Shown here one piece after another: positions 1 through 9,312 of a stretch of 34,925 nt of DNA. Below the pieces are notes generated by a model. That model had not been told where the DNA came from and did no database searches. It saw only the letters and a list, made by a program, of their open reading frames with translations. Source of the DNA: Coleofasciculus chthonoplastes F2-STO-03 (GTDB taxonomy: Bacteria > Cyanobacteriota > Cyanobacteriia > Cyanobacteriales > Coleofasciculaceae); contig JAVJWO010000172.1 in assembly GCA_040222015.1 (NCBI GenBank), forward strand, positions 1 to 34,925. The letters run 5' to 3'. The number at the start of each line of letters is the position of its first letter. Position 1 is the first letter of the stretch. The position numbers and the translations under genes are program-made.

Positions 1-24
1 CAATACTTGCTGACAACCGTACAA
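1..24 (-). CDS. tnpB: First 8 codons of a probable TnpB (RNA-guided nuclease family)
   Basis: Translates MYGCQQVL, which I recall as a typical N-terminus of cyanobacterial IS605 TnpB. It has a good RBS. Only 8 residues are visible. Confidence 0.6.
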
Positions 25-159
25 GAATACTACCTCCCTGTAATGGGTTTTATTATATCACTTGAGGAGGTTATTGCGGGATAAATCCCCCTGTCTTCAC
101 GACTTGCTCGGTTTCATCCCTCGGATGAATCGCGAGGGAACCTGCACCATCGCTTTTCT
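1..159 (-). mobile_element. Left end of an IS200/IS605-family (tnpB-only type) element, running off the window
   Basis: On the minus strand the host gene ends in TTAC (163-160). It is followed by a subterminal hairpin (CCCTCG 118-123 / CGAGGG 133-138), a TATAAT, a GGGAGG RBS and a TTG start at 24. Confidence 0.7.
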
Positions 160-350
160 GTAAATTCATCAACGGTCTTTTGGTCAACTAGACCAGCTGG
201 ACTAATCAACCCTACGGTATCGCCAAGATTCAGGCGTCGTGGTTTGAGAAGGGGTAGGGGGTTTGCCGTTACAGGGACTTGGGTTGCCAACAGCGTCAGT
301 CCCAAGAGTTTAAGCAAGGTACGGCGATTACCGGAAAAGGGTTGGCTCAA
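160..350 (-). pseudogene. Tat-exported LD-carboxypeptidase (S66 family), 5' part, interrupted by the IS
   Basis: Twin-arginine signal NRRTLLKLLG, then KPRRLNLGDTVGLISPAG, the typical S66 N-terminus. Similarity stops at the TTAC junction. Confidence 0.75.
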
Positions 351-569
351 TGGTCAGTCCCGGAAAACTACAATAGACAACGTGAAAAATCGCTTGGAGT
401 ACCAAGCTGGGAAAAAGAGCTAGAATTGACTTACTTGAATCATCTCTAAATATCAAGCAATAATAATAGAGATATAGCATCTGCCAGATTTTGGTCAACT
501 CACCGACGCTCTAGCATTACACTCCCGAACCGGGATTGATGCTTGGGTGGTGTCACCAGCGTGCGATCG

Positions 570-1290
570 GTACAGAAACGATTATTTTTTGTATCCGATT
601 AACCACAGACATTTGAGCTGACGGTGCTGAGTCTGACTCGTTGAACAGCATCTGCCGGTAAAATTCACGATAGCCAGTCAACAACTCCAACAATTCAGCC
701 ATTCCACCCAGAGACATGGCAATTGCTTCAGGCTATGGTAGGGAAAGATACTCTTTCTCTCGATTTGGAGGTGATCAATCATTCCCTGGAACATGCCTCA
801 GGTTAATGGCATCCATGCTACACCTATCCTCAACAGACGTATAGAGACTCGATTCATGAACCGCGCCTTACTTTGTGAAGACGCGGATTGGCAGAGGGAA
901 CCTGTCAGTAGAGACCTTCCATGGACGGTCTGTACATGAATAGGGCATGAGTTGGTAAGGGGTAATCACTGCTGAACGCTTCTCTAGTTCAGCTTAAATG
1001 TAGGAACCCAGAATCTCTCTTGACTGGGTGAATCCAGGACACACCCTCCTGAGCCTGGGAAGGATCTGCTGAGGGTGGGAACTCCCGCGAAACCGTTGAT
1101 GAAATTGACAGGTTGAAGTCATGGGATTTTAGGAACTAGGAAAATCTACCCGTTTCGTCAGATGCTACAACAGATAAGCAAGTATGGTGATCCCATGGCA
1201 GCACTGGCGCAGTTTTGCCAGCTAGAGGCTGAGTATCAACGGGTCACATCAATTTTACAGACCCCAAGACGGCAATATCAGCATTCTTAA
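570..1290 (+). pseudogene. Possible heavily degraded receiver/Hpt remnant
   Basis: Broken frames give NDYFLYPIN (receiver end-like), PETWQLLQAMVGKD..LEVINHSLEHA (708-806) and QLEAEYQRVTSILQ (~1220-1260), which resemble Hpt first and last helices. Confidence 0.3.
908..935. repeat. GTAG-headed REP-like palindrome
   Basis: gtagagaccttccatggacggtctgtac, an imperfect inverted repeat. Confidence 0.65.
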
Positions 1291-1292
1291 GG

Positions 1293-2300
1293 ATGAAATT
1301 AGTTTCTTTGCTCGAAGAACCACCAGAACCACCAACCATTTTGGTGGTTGATGATGACCAGTTTATACGAGAACTTTTACGCCGAGTTATGGAAAAAGAA
1401 GGCTATAAAGTTGTTGAAGCAACCAACGGCGAACAGGGTTTGGACGTCTATCAGCGTCTTAAACCGCATCTGGTCATGCTAGACGCCCTGATGCCGGTCA
1501 TGGATGGTTTTACCTGTTGCAAACACTTACAAAAACTCTCAGACGAAGACGAGACATCACCCGATAGCGAACATTTGGAGGCTCAAGGGTTACAGGGAGT
1601 TTCCCAAACGCCGGTGTTAATGATTACCAATCTGGATGATCCAGAATCCGTTGACCGCGCCTTTGCCGTTGGTGCTACTGACTATATCACCAAACCGATT
1701 CACTTAGCCGTTTTGCGTCAACGAGTACGGCGTTTAATTCAACAGTTTCAGCTTTATCAACAACTTGAACAAGCCAATCGAGAGTTACAACGTTTAGCCA
1801 CATTAGATGGACTAACGGGTGTAGCCAATCGCCGTCGGTTTGATCAATACCTTGATGATGAGTGGTGGCGCATGATTCGAGAAGAGTCGCCCTTGTCTCT
1901 GATTCTATGTGATATCGACTTTTTCAAGAAATATAATGATACCTACGGTCATCAAGCCGGTGACGCCTGTTTGCGAAGGGTAGCTGATGCTTTGCGTTTT
2001 TGTGCCAAACGTTCTGTGGATTTAGTAGCTCGCTATGGCGGTGAAGAGTTTGCGATTGTGTTACCCAATACCACCACGATTGGTGCATCTCTAGTGGCTG
2101 AAGAATTACGCAGTTTGGTTCATGGTTTAAAGATTACCCATACGGCTTCAGCCGTCAGTGAATATGTCACCCTCAGTTTAGGTGTTGCCAGTCTTTATCC
2201 TGAGCCTGATACTCCACCAGCTAAGCTAGTTGCTGAAGCGGATATGGCTTTGTATCAAGCGAAAGCCTCTGGGCGTAATCGATATGTGGCGAAAGTTTGA
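1293..2300 (+). CDS. Response regulator receiver + GGDEF diguanylate cyclase (PleD/WspR-like)
   Basis: ILVVDDD, MLDALMPVMDG, DYITKP; DGLTG..NRR; RxxD I-site (RSVD) and RYGGEEF. Confidence 0.95.
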   Translation: MKLVSLLEEPPEPPTILVVDDDQFIRELLRRVMEKEGYKVVEATNGEQGLDVYQRLKPHLVMLDALMPVMDGFTCCKHLQKLSDEDETSPDSEHLEAQGLQGVSQTPVLMITNLDDPESVDRAFAVGATDYITKPIHLAVLRQRVRRLIQQFQLYQQLEQANRELQRLATLDGLTGVANRRRFDQYLDDEWWRMIREESPLSLILCDIDFFKKYNDTYGHQAGDACLRRVADALRFCAKRSVDLVARYGGEEFAIVLPNTTTIGASLVAEELRSLVHGLKITHTASAVSEYVTLSLGVASLYPEPDTPPAKLVAEADMALYQAKASGRNRYVAKV

Positions 2301-2517
2301 ATCGTTATTTATCATTTGTCATTTGTCTTAGTAAGAGTTTGAGGGCTATTTACACAATTTAATAGAGTTGAGTTTATTTCCACCAACTTACATGGCGTAG
2401 CACGTTGTCAATAGGAAACTTGAGTGTAGGGGGTGGTATGCTGCTGCTTAAATATCGTAGGATTGCCAATATTGTGTACATGCCAATCCCCAAAACAGAT
2501 AATCGCGAAGAACCATT

Positions 2518-3438
2518 ATGACGACTACGGTCAACCCAACACCCCGATTAGCCTCGCGCTTGGTTAATGGAATCCTTGCCATTAAACCTTTAGCTAATTT
2601 AGCCAAGCAGCAAGCTCGTAAGATGATTGTAAAGCGAGCGGAAAAAATTGGCGTACCTTGGACGAAACAGGTCAATGAGTTACGTTCTCTCGACTGGGAT
2701 AGTTATCTGAATCAAGTCCAAAACCCCCAGTTAACCTACCCGGATTATTATTTGCGTCCCTTCCATGCTTATGACCAGGGAAATCTTCAGTGGGATGCTG
2801 CGTTTGAACACGAAGTAGCGGCTTATGCTGTTCATGCCAATCTCTATCCTGAAGATAGGCTTCAAGGAGACGCGAAACTGCGACAGAGTTACCATGAGTT
2901 GGTGCAACAGCACGTTGCAACTGAGCCGCAAGATATTGTGGATCTGGGCTGTGGTGTGGGGATGAGTACCTTTGCCCTACAACAGATTTATCCCCAGGCA
3001 ACTATGACGGGTGTAGACTTATCGCCTTATTTTCTAGCTGTTGCCGAATATAAGTCCAAACAGCATCATACAGAAATTAACTGGAAACACGCGGCGGCTG
3101 AAGCGACAGGTTTACCGGATGCTTCCTATGATTTAGTCTCTATCTTCTTGGTATTCCACGAATTACCCCAAACGGCGGCAAAGGCAATCCTACGGGAGGC
3201 ACGGCGGTTATTACGTCCTGGTGGCTATCTTACCCTGATGGATATGAATCCTCAGTCTCAGGTGTATGCGACGATGCCAGCTTACGTTTTTACCTTATTC
3301 AAAAGCACTGAGCCTTACTTTGACGACTATTTTACCTTGAATATTGAGCAAGCGATCGCGGAAGCAGGATTCCAGCCACCAACTATCAAGCCGAATAGTC
3401 CCCGCCATCGGACAATCATTACCCAAGTCGAGACGTAG
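2518..3438 (+). CDS. Class I SAM-dependent methyltransferase
   Basis: IVDLGCGVG, GVDLSP, FHELP and RLLRPGG motifs. Confidence 0.92.
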   Translation: MTTTVNPTPRLASRLVNGILAIKPLANLAKQQARKMIVKRAEKIGVPWTKQVNELRSLDWDSYLNQVQNPQLTYPDYYLRPFHAYDQGNLQWDAAFEHEVAAYAVHANLYPEDRLQGDAKLRQSYHELVQQHVATEPQDIVDLGCGVGMSTFALQQIYPQATMTGVDLSPYFLAVAEYKSKQHHTEINWKHAAAEATGLPDASYDLVSIFLVFHELPQTAAKAILREARRLLRPGGYLTLMDMNPQSQVYATMPAYVFTLFKSTEPYFDDYFTLNIEQAIAEAGFQPPTIKPNSPRHRTIITQVET

Positions 3439-3454
3439 CACGCTACGTCTGAAC
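3427..3454. repeat. REP-like palindrome overlapping the methyltransferase stop codon
   Basis: gtcgAGACGTAGCacGCTACGTCTgaac. Confidence 0.7.
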
Positions 3455-3590
3455 CACCTACTCGTAGCAAAACTTAACATAAACCAATACTCGACATTCT
3501 TTCGAGGAGATCCCCGTCTCTGATAGACTTTTAGACTGGGGACAGTAAATAACACCAGGGAAAAACTAAGCAGTTGAGAGGAAAAGCTTC

Positions 3591-4631
3591 GTGCTAGAAA
3601 CTACGCTAGGACTAGAAATTATTGAAGTTGTCGAACAGGCAGCACTTGCCTCTGCCAAATGGATGGGCAAAGGGGATAAGAACACCGCTGACCATGTGGC
3701 AGTCGAAGCCATGCGGGAGCGGATGAACAACATTCACATGCGGGGTCGCATCGTGATTGGCGAAGGGGAGCGAGATGAAGCCCCGATGCTGTATATCGGT
3801 GAACAAGTGGGCATCTGTAACCAACCGGATGCGAAGAACTTTTGTAATCCCGATGAACTGATTGAAGTCGATATTGCCGTTGACCCTTGTGAAGGGACGA
3901 ACTTGGTGGCTTATGGGCAACCCGGTTCAATGGCGGTGCTAGCCATTTCTGAGAAGGGAGGGCTGTTTGCTGCACCTGACTTTTACATGAAAAAGCTAGC
4001 TGCGCCTCCTGCGGCTAAAAATCATGTCGATATCAATAAATCGGCAACAGAGAACCTGCAAATTCTCTCCGAGTGTCTGGATCGCGCAATTGAGGAACTT
4101 GTGGTCGTCGTAATGAAGCGCGATCGCCACAAAGGACTGATTGAGGAAATCCGCTCGGCTGGTGCGAGAGTTCGGCTAATTAGTGACGGAGATGTCTCTG
4201 CGGCTCTCTCTTGTGCCTTTTCCGGGACAAATATTCATGCTCTGATGGGTATTGGTGCTGCACCCGAAGGCGTTATCTCTGCTGCGGCGATGCGCTGTTT
4301 AGGAGGACATTTCCAAGGTCAGCTAATTTATGACCCAGCAACTGTACAGACGGGTTTGATTGGTGAAAGCAAAGAGGGGAACCTAGAGCGGCTCAAAGAA
4401 ATGGACATTCACGACCCTGATAAGGTCTACAATACTCATGAGCTAGCTTCGGGTGACACCGTGCTATTTGCCGCTTGTGGGATTACGCCGGGTACTTTGA
4501 TGGAAGGGGTACGACTCTTCCACGGGGGGGCACGGACTCAAAGTCTGGTTATTTCCACCCAGTCGAAGACGGCTCGATTTGTGGATACTGTCCATCTGTT
4601 TGATCAACCGAAGACCCTGCAACTGCGATAA
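3591..4631 (+). CDS. glpX: Class II fructose-1,6-/sedoheptulose-1,7-bisphosphatase
   Basis: [34 protein letters not shown] and GIGAAPEGV motifs. Confidence 0.98.
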   Translation: MLETTLGLEIIEVVEQAALASAKWMGKGDKNTADHVAVEAMRERMNNIHMRGRIVIGEGERDEAPMLYIGEQVGICNQPDAKNFCNPDELIEVDIAVDPCEGTNLVAYGQPGSMAVLAISEKGGLFAAPDFYMKKLAAPPAAKNHVDINKSATENLQILSECLDRAIEELVVVVMKRDRHKGLIEEIRSAGARVRLISDGDVSAALSCAFSGTNIHALMGIGAAPEGVISAAAMRCLGGHFQGQLIYDPATVQTGLIGESKEGNLERLKEMDIHDPDKVYNTHELASGDTVLFAACGITPGTLMEGVRLFHGGARTQSLVISTQSKTARFVDTVHLFDQPKTLQLR

Positions 4632-4923
4632 ATACTGTAAATTTATCCATTGTTTGTTGCAGGATTTCTCCGCCTCGAATTCTAGTCATCGAGAGCAGAG
4701 AAAAGCGTTAAAGCCAGAGTATAAGCAATGATAATGCTACTTACTCTGGCTTAGCGTTGATTAACGGGCAAATCGATTTCCCCCAGGTAAAAAATTTCAT
4801 CTCTGAATCTGTGAACTTATGCCCAATTGTTCATCCCGTTCAGAAAAATTTCTCAATTTTCTTTATCTTTAAATACAAGCCTGATAGTTGACCCAACCCA
4901 ACGACAGAGATTTGGAGAACACA

Positions 4924-6210
4924 ATGAATATTGCAGTCGTAGGTTTAAGCCACAAAACAGCGCCCGTTGAAGTCCGGGAAAAACTAAGCATTCCCGAAGC
5001 CCAAATAGAAGGGGCGGTGCAACAACTCTGTAGCTACCCCCATGTTCAAGAAGTGGCGATCCTCAGTACCTGCAATCGCCTAGAAATTTATATTGTGGCG
5101 GCGGAAACGGAAAAGGGTGTTCGTGAAGTCAGTCAGTTCCTGTCGGATAACTCTCATGTACCCCTGCATCAATTACGCCCCCATTTGTTTATTTTGTTAC
5201 ATCAGGATGCGGTGATGCACCTGATGCGCGTCGCAGCGGGACTTGATAGTCTAGTCCTAGGCGAAGGGCAAATCTTATCTCAAGTGAAGCATACCCACAA
5301 AATCGGTCAGCAATATAAGGGAATTGGACGCCTGTTGAATCGACTGTTTAAACAAGCGATTACCGCCGGAAAGCGAGTCCGCACGGAAACCAGCATTGGT
5401 ACCGGGGCGGTTTCGATTAGTTCGGCGGCGGTGGAACTCGCCCAGATGGAAGTGCAAAACTTGGCGGCTTACCGAGTAGCAATTATCGGGGCTGGGAAGA
5501 TGTCGCGTTTGTTAGTGCAGCACCTGCTTTCTAAAGGGGCTGAGTCAATCGCCATTATCAATCGCTCAACTCGACGGGCGGAAGAGTTGACAAAGAAGTT
5601 TGAGAATGCTCCGATAACGGTACATCCTTTATCTGAAATGATGGAGGTAATTCCGGAGTCGGATATGGTGTTTACGAGTACCAGTGCGACGGAACCGATT
5701 CTGAATCGGGCTAAACTGGAAGACCATCTTGATCCCAATCGCTCCTTAATGCTATTTGATATTTCCGTACCGCGTAATGTGGATGCTGATGTCAATGAAC
5801 TTGAACAGGTTCAAGCCTTTAATGTGGACGACTTAAAAGCAGTGGTGGCGCAAAATACCGAAAGCCGCCGTCAGATGGCAATGGAAGCGGAAAACTTACT
5901 GGAACAAGAGGTAGAAGCGTTTGAGATTTGGTGGCGATCGCTAGAAACCGTGAGTACTATTAGTAGTCTACGGGAGAAAGTCGAAGGTATCCGGGAACAG
6001 GAATTAGAAAAAGCCCTATCTCGCTTAGGTTCAGAGTTTGCCGATAAACATCAAGAAATCATCGAAGCGCTGACACGGGGAATTGTCAATAAAATCCTCC
6101 ATGATCCGATGGTGCAGTTAAGGGCGCAGCAGGATATTGAAGCCAGACGCCAAGCGATGCAGACGCTGCAAACGCTGTTTAATTTAGAGATTGAAGAACA
6201 GTTTGGTTAA
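4924..6210 (+). CDS. hemA: Glutamyl-tRNA reductase
   Basis: [34 protein letters not shown] and DISVPRNV. The ATG at 4924 is preferred over the TTG at 4888. Confidence 0.98.
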   Translation: MNIAVVGLSHKTAPVEVREKLSIPEAQIEGAVQQLCSYPHVQEVAILSTCNRLEIYIVAAETEKGVREVSQFLSDNSHVPLHQLRPHLFILLHQDAVMHLMRVAAGLDSLVLGEGQILSQVKHTHKIGQQYKGIGRLLNRLFKQAITAGKRVRTETSIGTGAVSISSAAVELAQMEVQNLAAYRVAIIGAGKMSRLLVQHLLSKGAESIAIINRSTRRAEELTKKFENAPITVHPLSEMMEVIPESDMVFTSTSATEPILNRAKLEDHLDPNRSLMLFDISVPRNVDADVNELEQVQAFNVDDLKAVVAQNTESRRQMAMEAENLLEQEVEAFEIWWRSLETVSTISSLREKVEGIREQELEKALSRLGSEFADKHQEIIEALTRGIVNKILHDPMVQLRAQQDIEARRQAMQTLQTLFNLEIEEQFG

Positions 6211-6232
6211 GCGTTAGACCTGAATAAAATGG

Positions 6233-6272
6233 GGAGGGGGATACTGAGTAAATATCCTTCCTCTCTTTTTTT
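6233..6272 (+). terminator. Probable intrinsic terminator after hemA
   Basis: Imperfect stem gaggggGATA...TATCcttcctc followed by a T run. Confidence 0.55.
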
Positions 6273-6380
6273 AGGATAGCTAGTGCAAGAAATAAAAAAC
6301 TATACAAAATAGCGAGCGAGACGCCAATCCATTCATTTTATAATGGATTACCCACATCTTTCTTGACAATTATTCACCTC

Positions 6381-6449
6381 TGTAGGGGCGACCCGCTTAG
6401 CCTAATTAAAAACCCCAGTCCACTCAAGTAGCTCGGGTCGCCCTCCACA
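6381..6449. repeat. GTAGGGGCG REP-like inverted repeat
   Basis: tgtaggggcgacccg ... cgggtcgccctccaca. Confidence 0.8.
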
Positions 6450-6740
6450 CTTTCTAATGCCGTCGATCCCATCACCCGTTGCGGGTTGCTAAAGGATTCG
6501 CTGGTATCATAGTCTACAATCATCCGGCTGGCGCGATCGCTCTTGCTCCAAATAATCGCCTGATCACGACTCACGTCACCACTATCCACCCCGTAAGGGG
6601 TTTGTGGACGGATTTTATCTGAGGTGATCATCCCCGGTGCTGTACTCTGGGCTAATCCTGATTTCGATAACAGGTTAGCGGTGATCAATCCACCACTGGT
6701 TAAGGCGGAGGTAACCAGGAAGCGGCGACGGGTGATGAGT
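6450..6740 (-). pseudogene. phoD: PhoD-family alkaline phosphatase, N-terminal fragment
   Basis: Tat signal ITRRRFLV, then PYGVDSGDV..QAIIWSKSDRASRMIVDYDTSESF. It is cut at the REP and has no canonical start upstream of the RR motif. Confidence 0.8.
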
Positions 6741-6868
6741 GACTGATTTTTCCCTGCCCTAGATAAAAATGATGCCCCAAATGTGAACAGTAGAGCAAAT
6801 AATTCAATTAAACCTCAGCGTTGATGACTAGACAAAACAGACAAAAGTCTTTGTTCATCAGAGGTTCA

Positions 6869-6912
6869 GCTTGTTTGCGCCGTTGGTAAAGCTTGGTTGC
6901 GCCGTTGGTAAA
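6869..6912. promoter_or_regulatory. 22-bp tandem repeat upstream of phoD, possibly Pho-box-like
   Basis: gcttgtttgcgccgttggtaaa / gcttggttgcgccgttggtaaa. On the minus strand ATTTACCA, CTTTACCA and CTGAACCT recur at 22-bp spacing. Confidence 0.35.
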
Positions 6913-7337
6913 TTTACGATTGAATGTCCTCATGTTAAGCGCTTTTTTGTTAGAGAGTGAGTATCGCCTCTATAATTAACATGGTAGGCATCTGGCTCCC
7001 CGGAGTCAGGTGAGCCGACTCTAACGTGCAGTGTTTCCAGAAACGTGTCGGGTAAGCCAGAGTTATAAGACCTCAAACTGATCGAACGACAGTTATCGGT
7101 CAAGGTTATTTTTGAAAAGAAACAAGAATAGCTGATTCGTCGGGAAACTTCCTGTCGGTGAATTAGCGACTATCTTGGAAAAAATAAACAATGAACTCAG
7201 GTTCGATTGCCAGATAAAGAATAAGACAAGTTAGTGGGGTGCTGTTTTCAAGGCGATAGTTAATTAGACTTGTCTAAAAATTAGTCAAAGACCCTTTGAA
7301 TCGTGGGTTGACGTGTAATTTCTGGACGTGTCTAGTG

Positions 7338-9311
7338 ATGAAGAAAAATTCAACAGGGGCGCTGACAAAAACGATGGTGTCGGGTTCTCAAGACGCTTGG
7401 GACAATAAACCTCTAGGCGGACGCTATCACGTTATGGAAAAGCTAGGGGTCGGAGGGTTTGGTCAAACCTTCTTGGCGCGGGATATGCATTTGCCCGGTC
7501 ATCCCCAATGCGTCGTTAAAAAATTAAAACCTCAAGTGAGCGATGATGATGAGGAGGGGCTGCAAACGGCGAGACGCCTCTTCCAAACGGAAGCTCAAGT
7601 CCTCTATCGACTGGGTAATCATGAGCAGATTCCCCGGCTTTTGGCTCATTTTGAGGAAAATCACGAATTTTATCTGGCTCAGGAATATATTCAAGGACAA
7701 CCCTTAAGTAAAGAGATAGACTCTCATCTGACGTGGTCACAGGAAAAAGTGCTATCCCTCCTGCAAGATATATTGCAGGTACTAACATTTGTCCATCAAC
7801 AAAATGTGATCCACCGGGATATCAAGCCAGCTAATTTGATTCACCGCGCCGCTGATGGCAGAATTGTGCTGATTGATTTTGGTGCGGTGAAACAGGTTAG
7901 ATGTGAGTCGCTGAATCCGGAAACAGCGCTGACCAATGTGACGATTTCTATCGGCACTAAGGGATATATGCCCAATGAACAACTGGCAGGAAAACCTCGC
8001 TATAGTAGTGATGTTTATGCGGTGGGGATTATTGGGATTCAGTTATTAACGGGAATTCATCCCAAACATATTAAAGAAGACTCCGATACGGGTGAACTCA
8101 ACTGGCGCAAATATGCCAAGCAGATTAGTCCAGAATTTGGGGAAATTTTGGATAAGATGGTGCGCTATGATTTTCGCGATCGCTACTCGACAGCAGAAGA
8201 AACCCTACTAGCATTCCAGAGTTTACCCGCACCATTATTGGAGTCGGCGTCACCCCCCCAACCGTTAGCCCCTGAGTGTGAATTGCCGCCCCTGGTTGAT
8301 CCCCAAGCGCCGACGGATCAGGAAAGTCAAAATTTCCCCGATGATTCAGCCGAGACTCAGGCGTGGGAGGCGACACCAACGGAATCAACGCTGATTGAAA
8401 TCGAGGAGTCGAATAGCGAATCGTCCGCTAGTCAAACCCAAGACACCGGACGCACCCAAACCTCTCAGCCCACCCCGGCTCAGACGGATGCTACCGTATC
8501 CCTAAGTCAACCTCAGGACGTTGAACCAACCGCAACGGTGTCAACTGCAGCCAGAAGCCATGGATTTCGGCAATGGTTGATGCAGCCTTGGACAATTGCC
8601 ACGATCGCGATCGCGGTTAGTTCCACGGTTGCTGTCACCCTGATTCTACTCCCCTCTCAATTGAGCCAGAAGTCTCAAGTTGAGGATGTCCCGGTGGAAA
8701 GCCCAAGCCCAACTCCTTCTCCTTCTCCCTCGCCAACCCCCGAACCCACGGCTGAATCCTTGCTCGCCGAAGCCGAAGACTTAAGAAAAGCTGGAGACTA
8801 TGAGGAAGCAATTGAGGTTTACAATCAGGCGATCGAACTCCAATCTGACTTAGCCCCTGCTTATTGGGGACGGTGCGAGAGTCTCAATCAATTAGGACAG
8901 CCTGAACAAGCCCTAGTCTCTTGTAATGACGCCCTCGCCTACCAATCCGATTATGCCGAAGCCTTAGTCAGCAAAGCCGATGCCCTACGCCAACAAAACC
9001 AGATTATAGACGCCTTGCGACTGTATGGACGGGTAGCGGAATACTATCCCGATTTTGCCCGAGGTTGGATTCGCTATGGCATAGCACTGCAAGGGGTGGG
9101 ACGTTCCGCTGAGGCGGTTCAAGCGTTAGACAAAGCGATTGAATTGGATCGGAACTCCGCCGATGCTTGGGCAACTCGCGGTGAGGCGCTCATGGCGTTA
9201 GGGCGCACCACGGAAGCGATTCCTTCTCTGGATAAAGCCCTGCAACTCGAACCCGATCATGAAAAAGCTGCCAGCCTGCGTGAAAAGGCGAGGGAAACAC
9301 TAGGGCGTTAG
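7338..9311 (+). CDS. Hanks-type Ser/Thr kinase with a TM helix and C-terminal TPRs
   Basis: GVGGFG, VVKKL, HRDIKPAN, DFG and GTKGY; hydrophobic PWTIATIAIAVSSTVAVTLILL; PS/PT linker; TPR helices. Start uncertain (7296, 7338 or 7374). Confidence 0.93.
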   Translation: MKKNSTGALTKTMVSGSQDAWDNKPLGGRYHVMEKLGVGGFGQTFLARDMHLPGHPQCVVKKLKPQVSDDDEEGLQTARRLFQTEAQVLYRLGNHEQIPRLLAHFEENHEFYLAQEYIQGQPLSKEIDSHLTWSQEKVLSLLQDILQVLTFVHQQNVIHRDIKPANLIHRAADGRIVLIDFGAVKQVRCESLNPETALTNVTISIGTKGYMPNEQLAGKPRYSSDVYAVGIIGIQLLTGIHPKHIKEDSDTGELNWRKYAKQISPEFGEILDKMVRYDFRDRYSTAEETLLAFQSLPAPLLESASPPQPLAPECELPPLVDPQAPTDQESQNFPDDSAETQAWEATPTESTLIEIEESNSESSASQTQDTGRTQTSQPTPAQTDATVSLSQPQDVEPTATVSTAARSHGFRQWLMQPWTIATIAIAVSSTVAVTLILLPSQLSQKSQVEDVPVESPSPTPSPSPSPTPEPTAESLLAEAEDLRKAGDYEEAIEVYNQAIELQSDLAPAYWGRCESLNQLGQPEQALVSCNDALAYQSDYAEALVSKADALRQQNQIIDALRLYGRVAEYYPDFARGWIRYGIALQGVGRSAEAVQALDKAIELDRNSADAWATRGEALMALGRTTEAIPSLDKALQLEPDHEKAASLREKARETLGR

Positions 9312-9312
9312 A

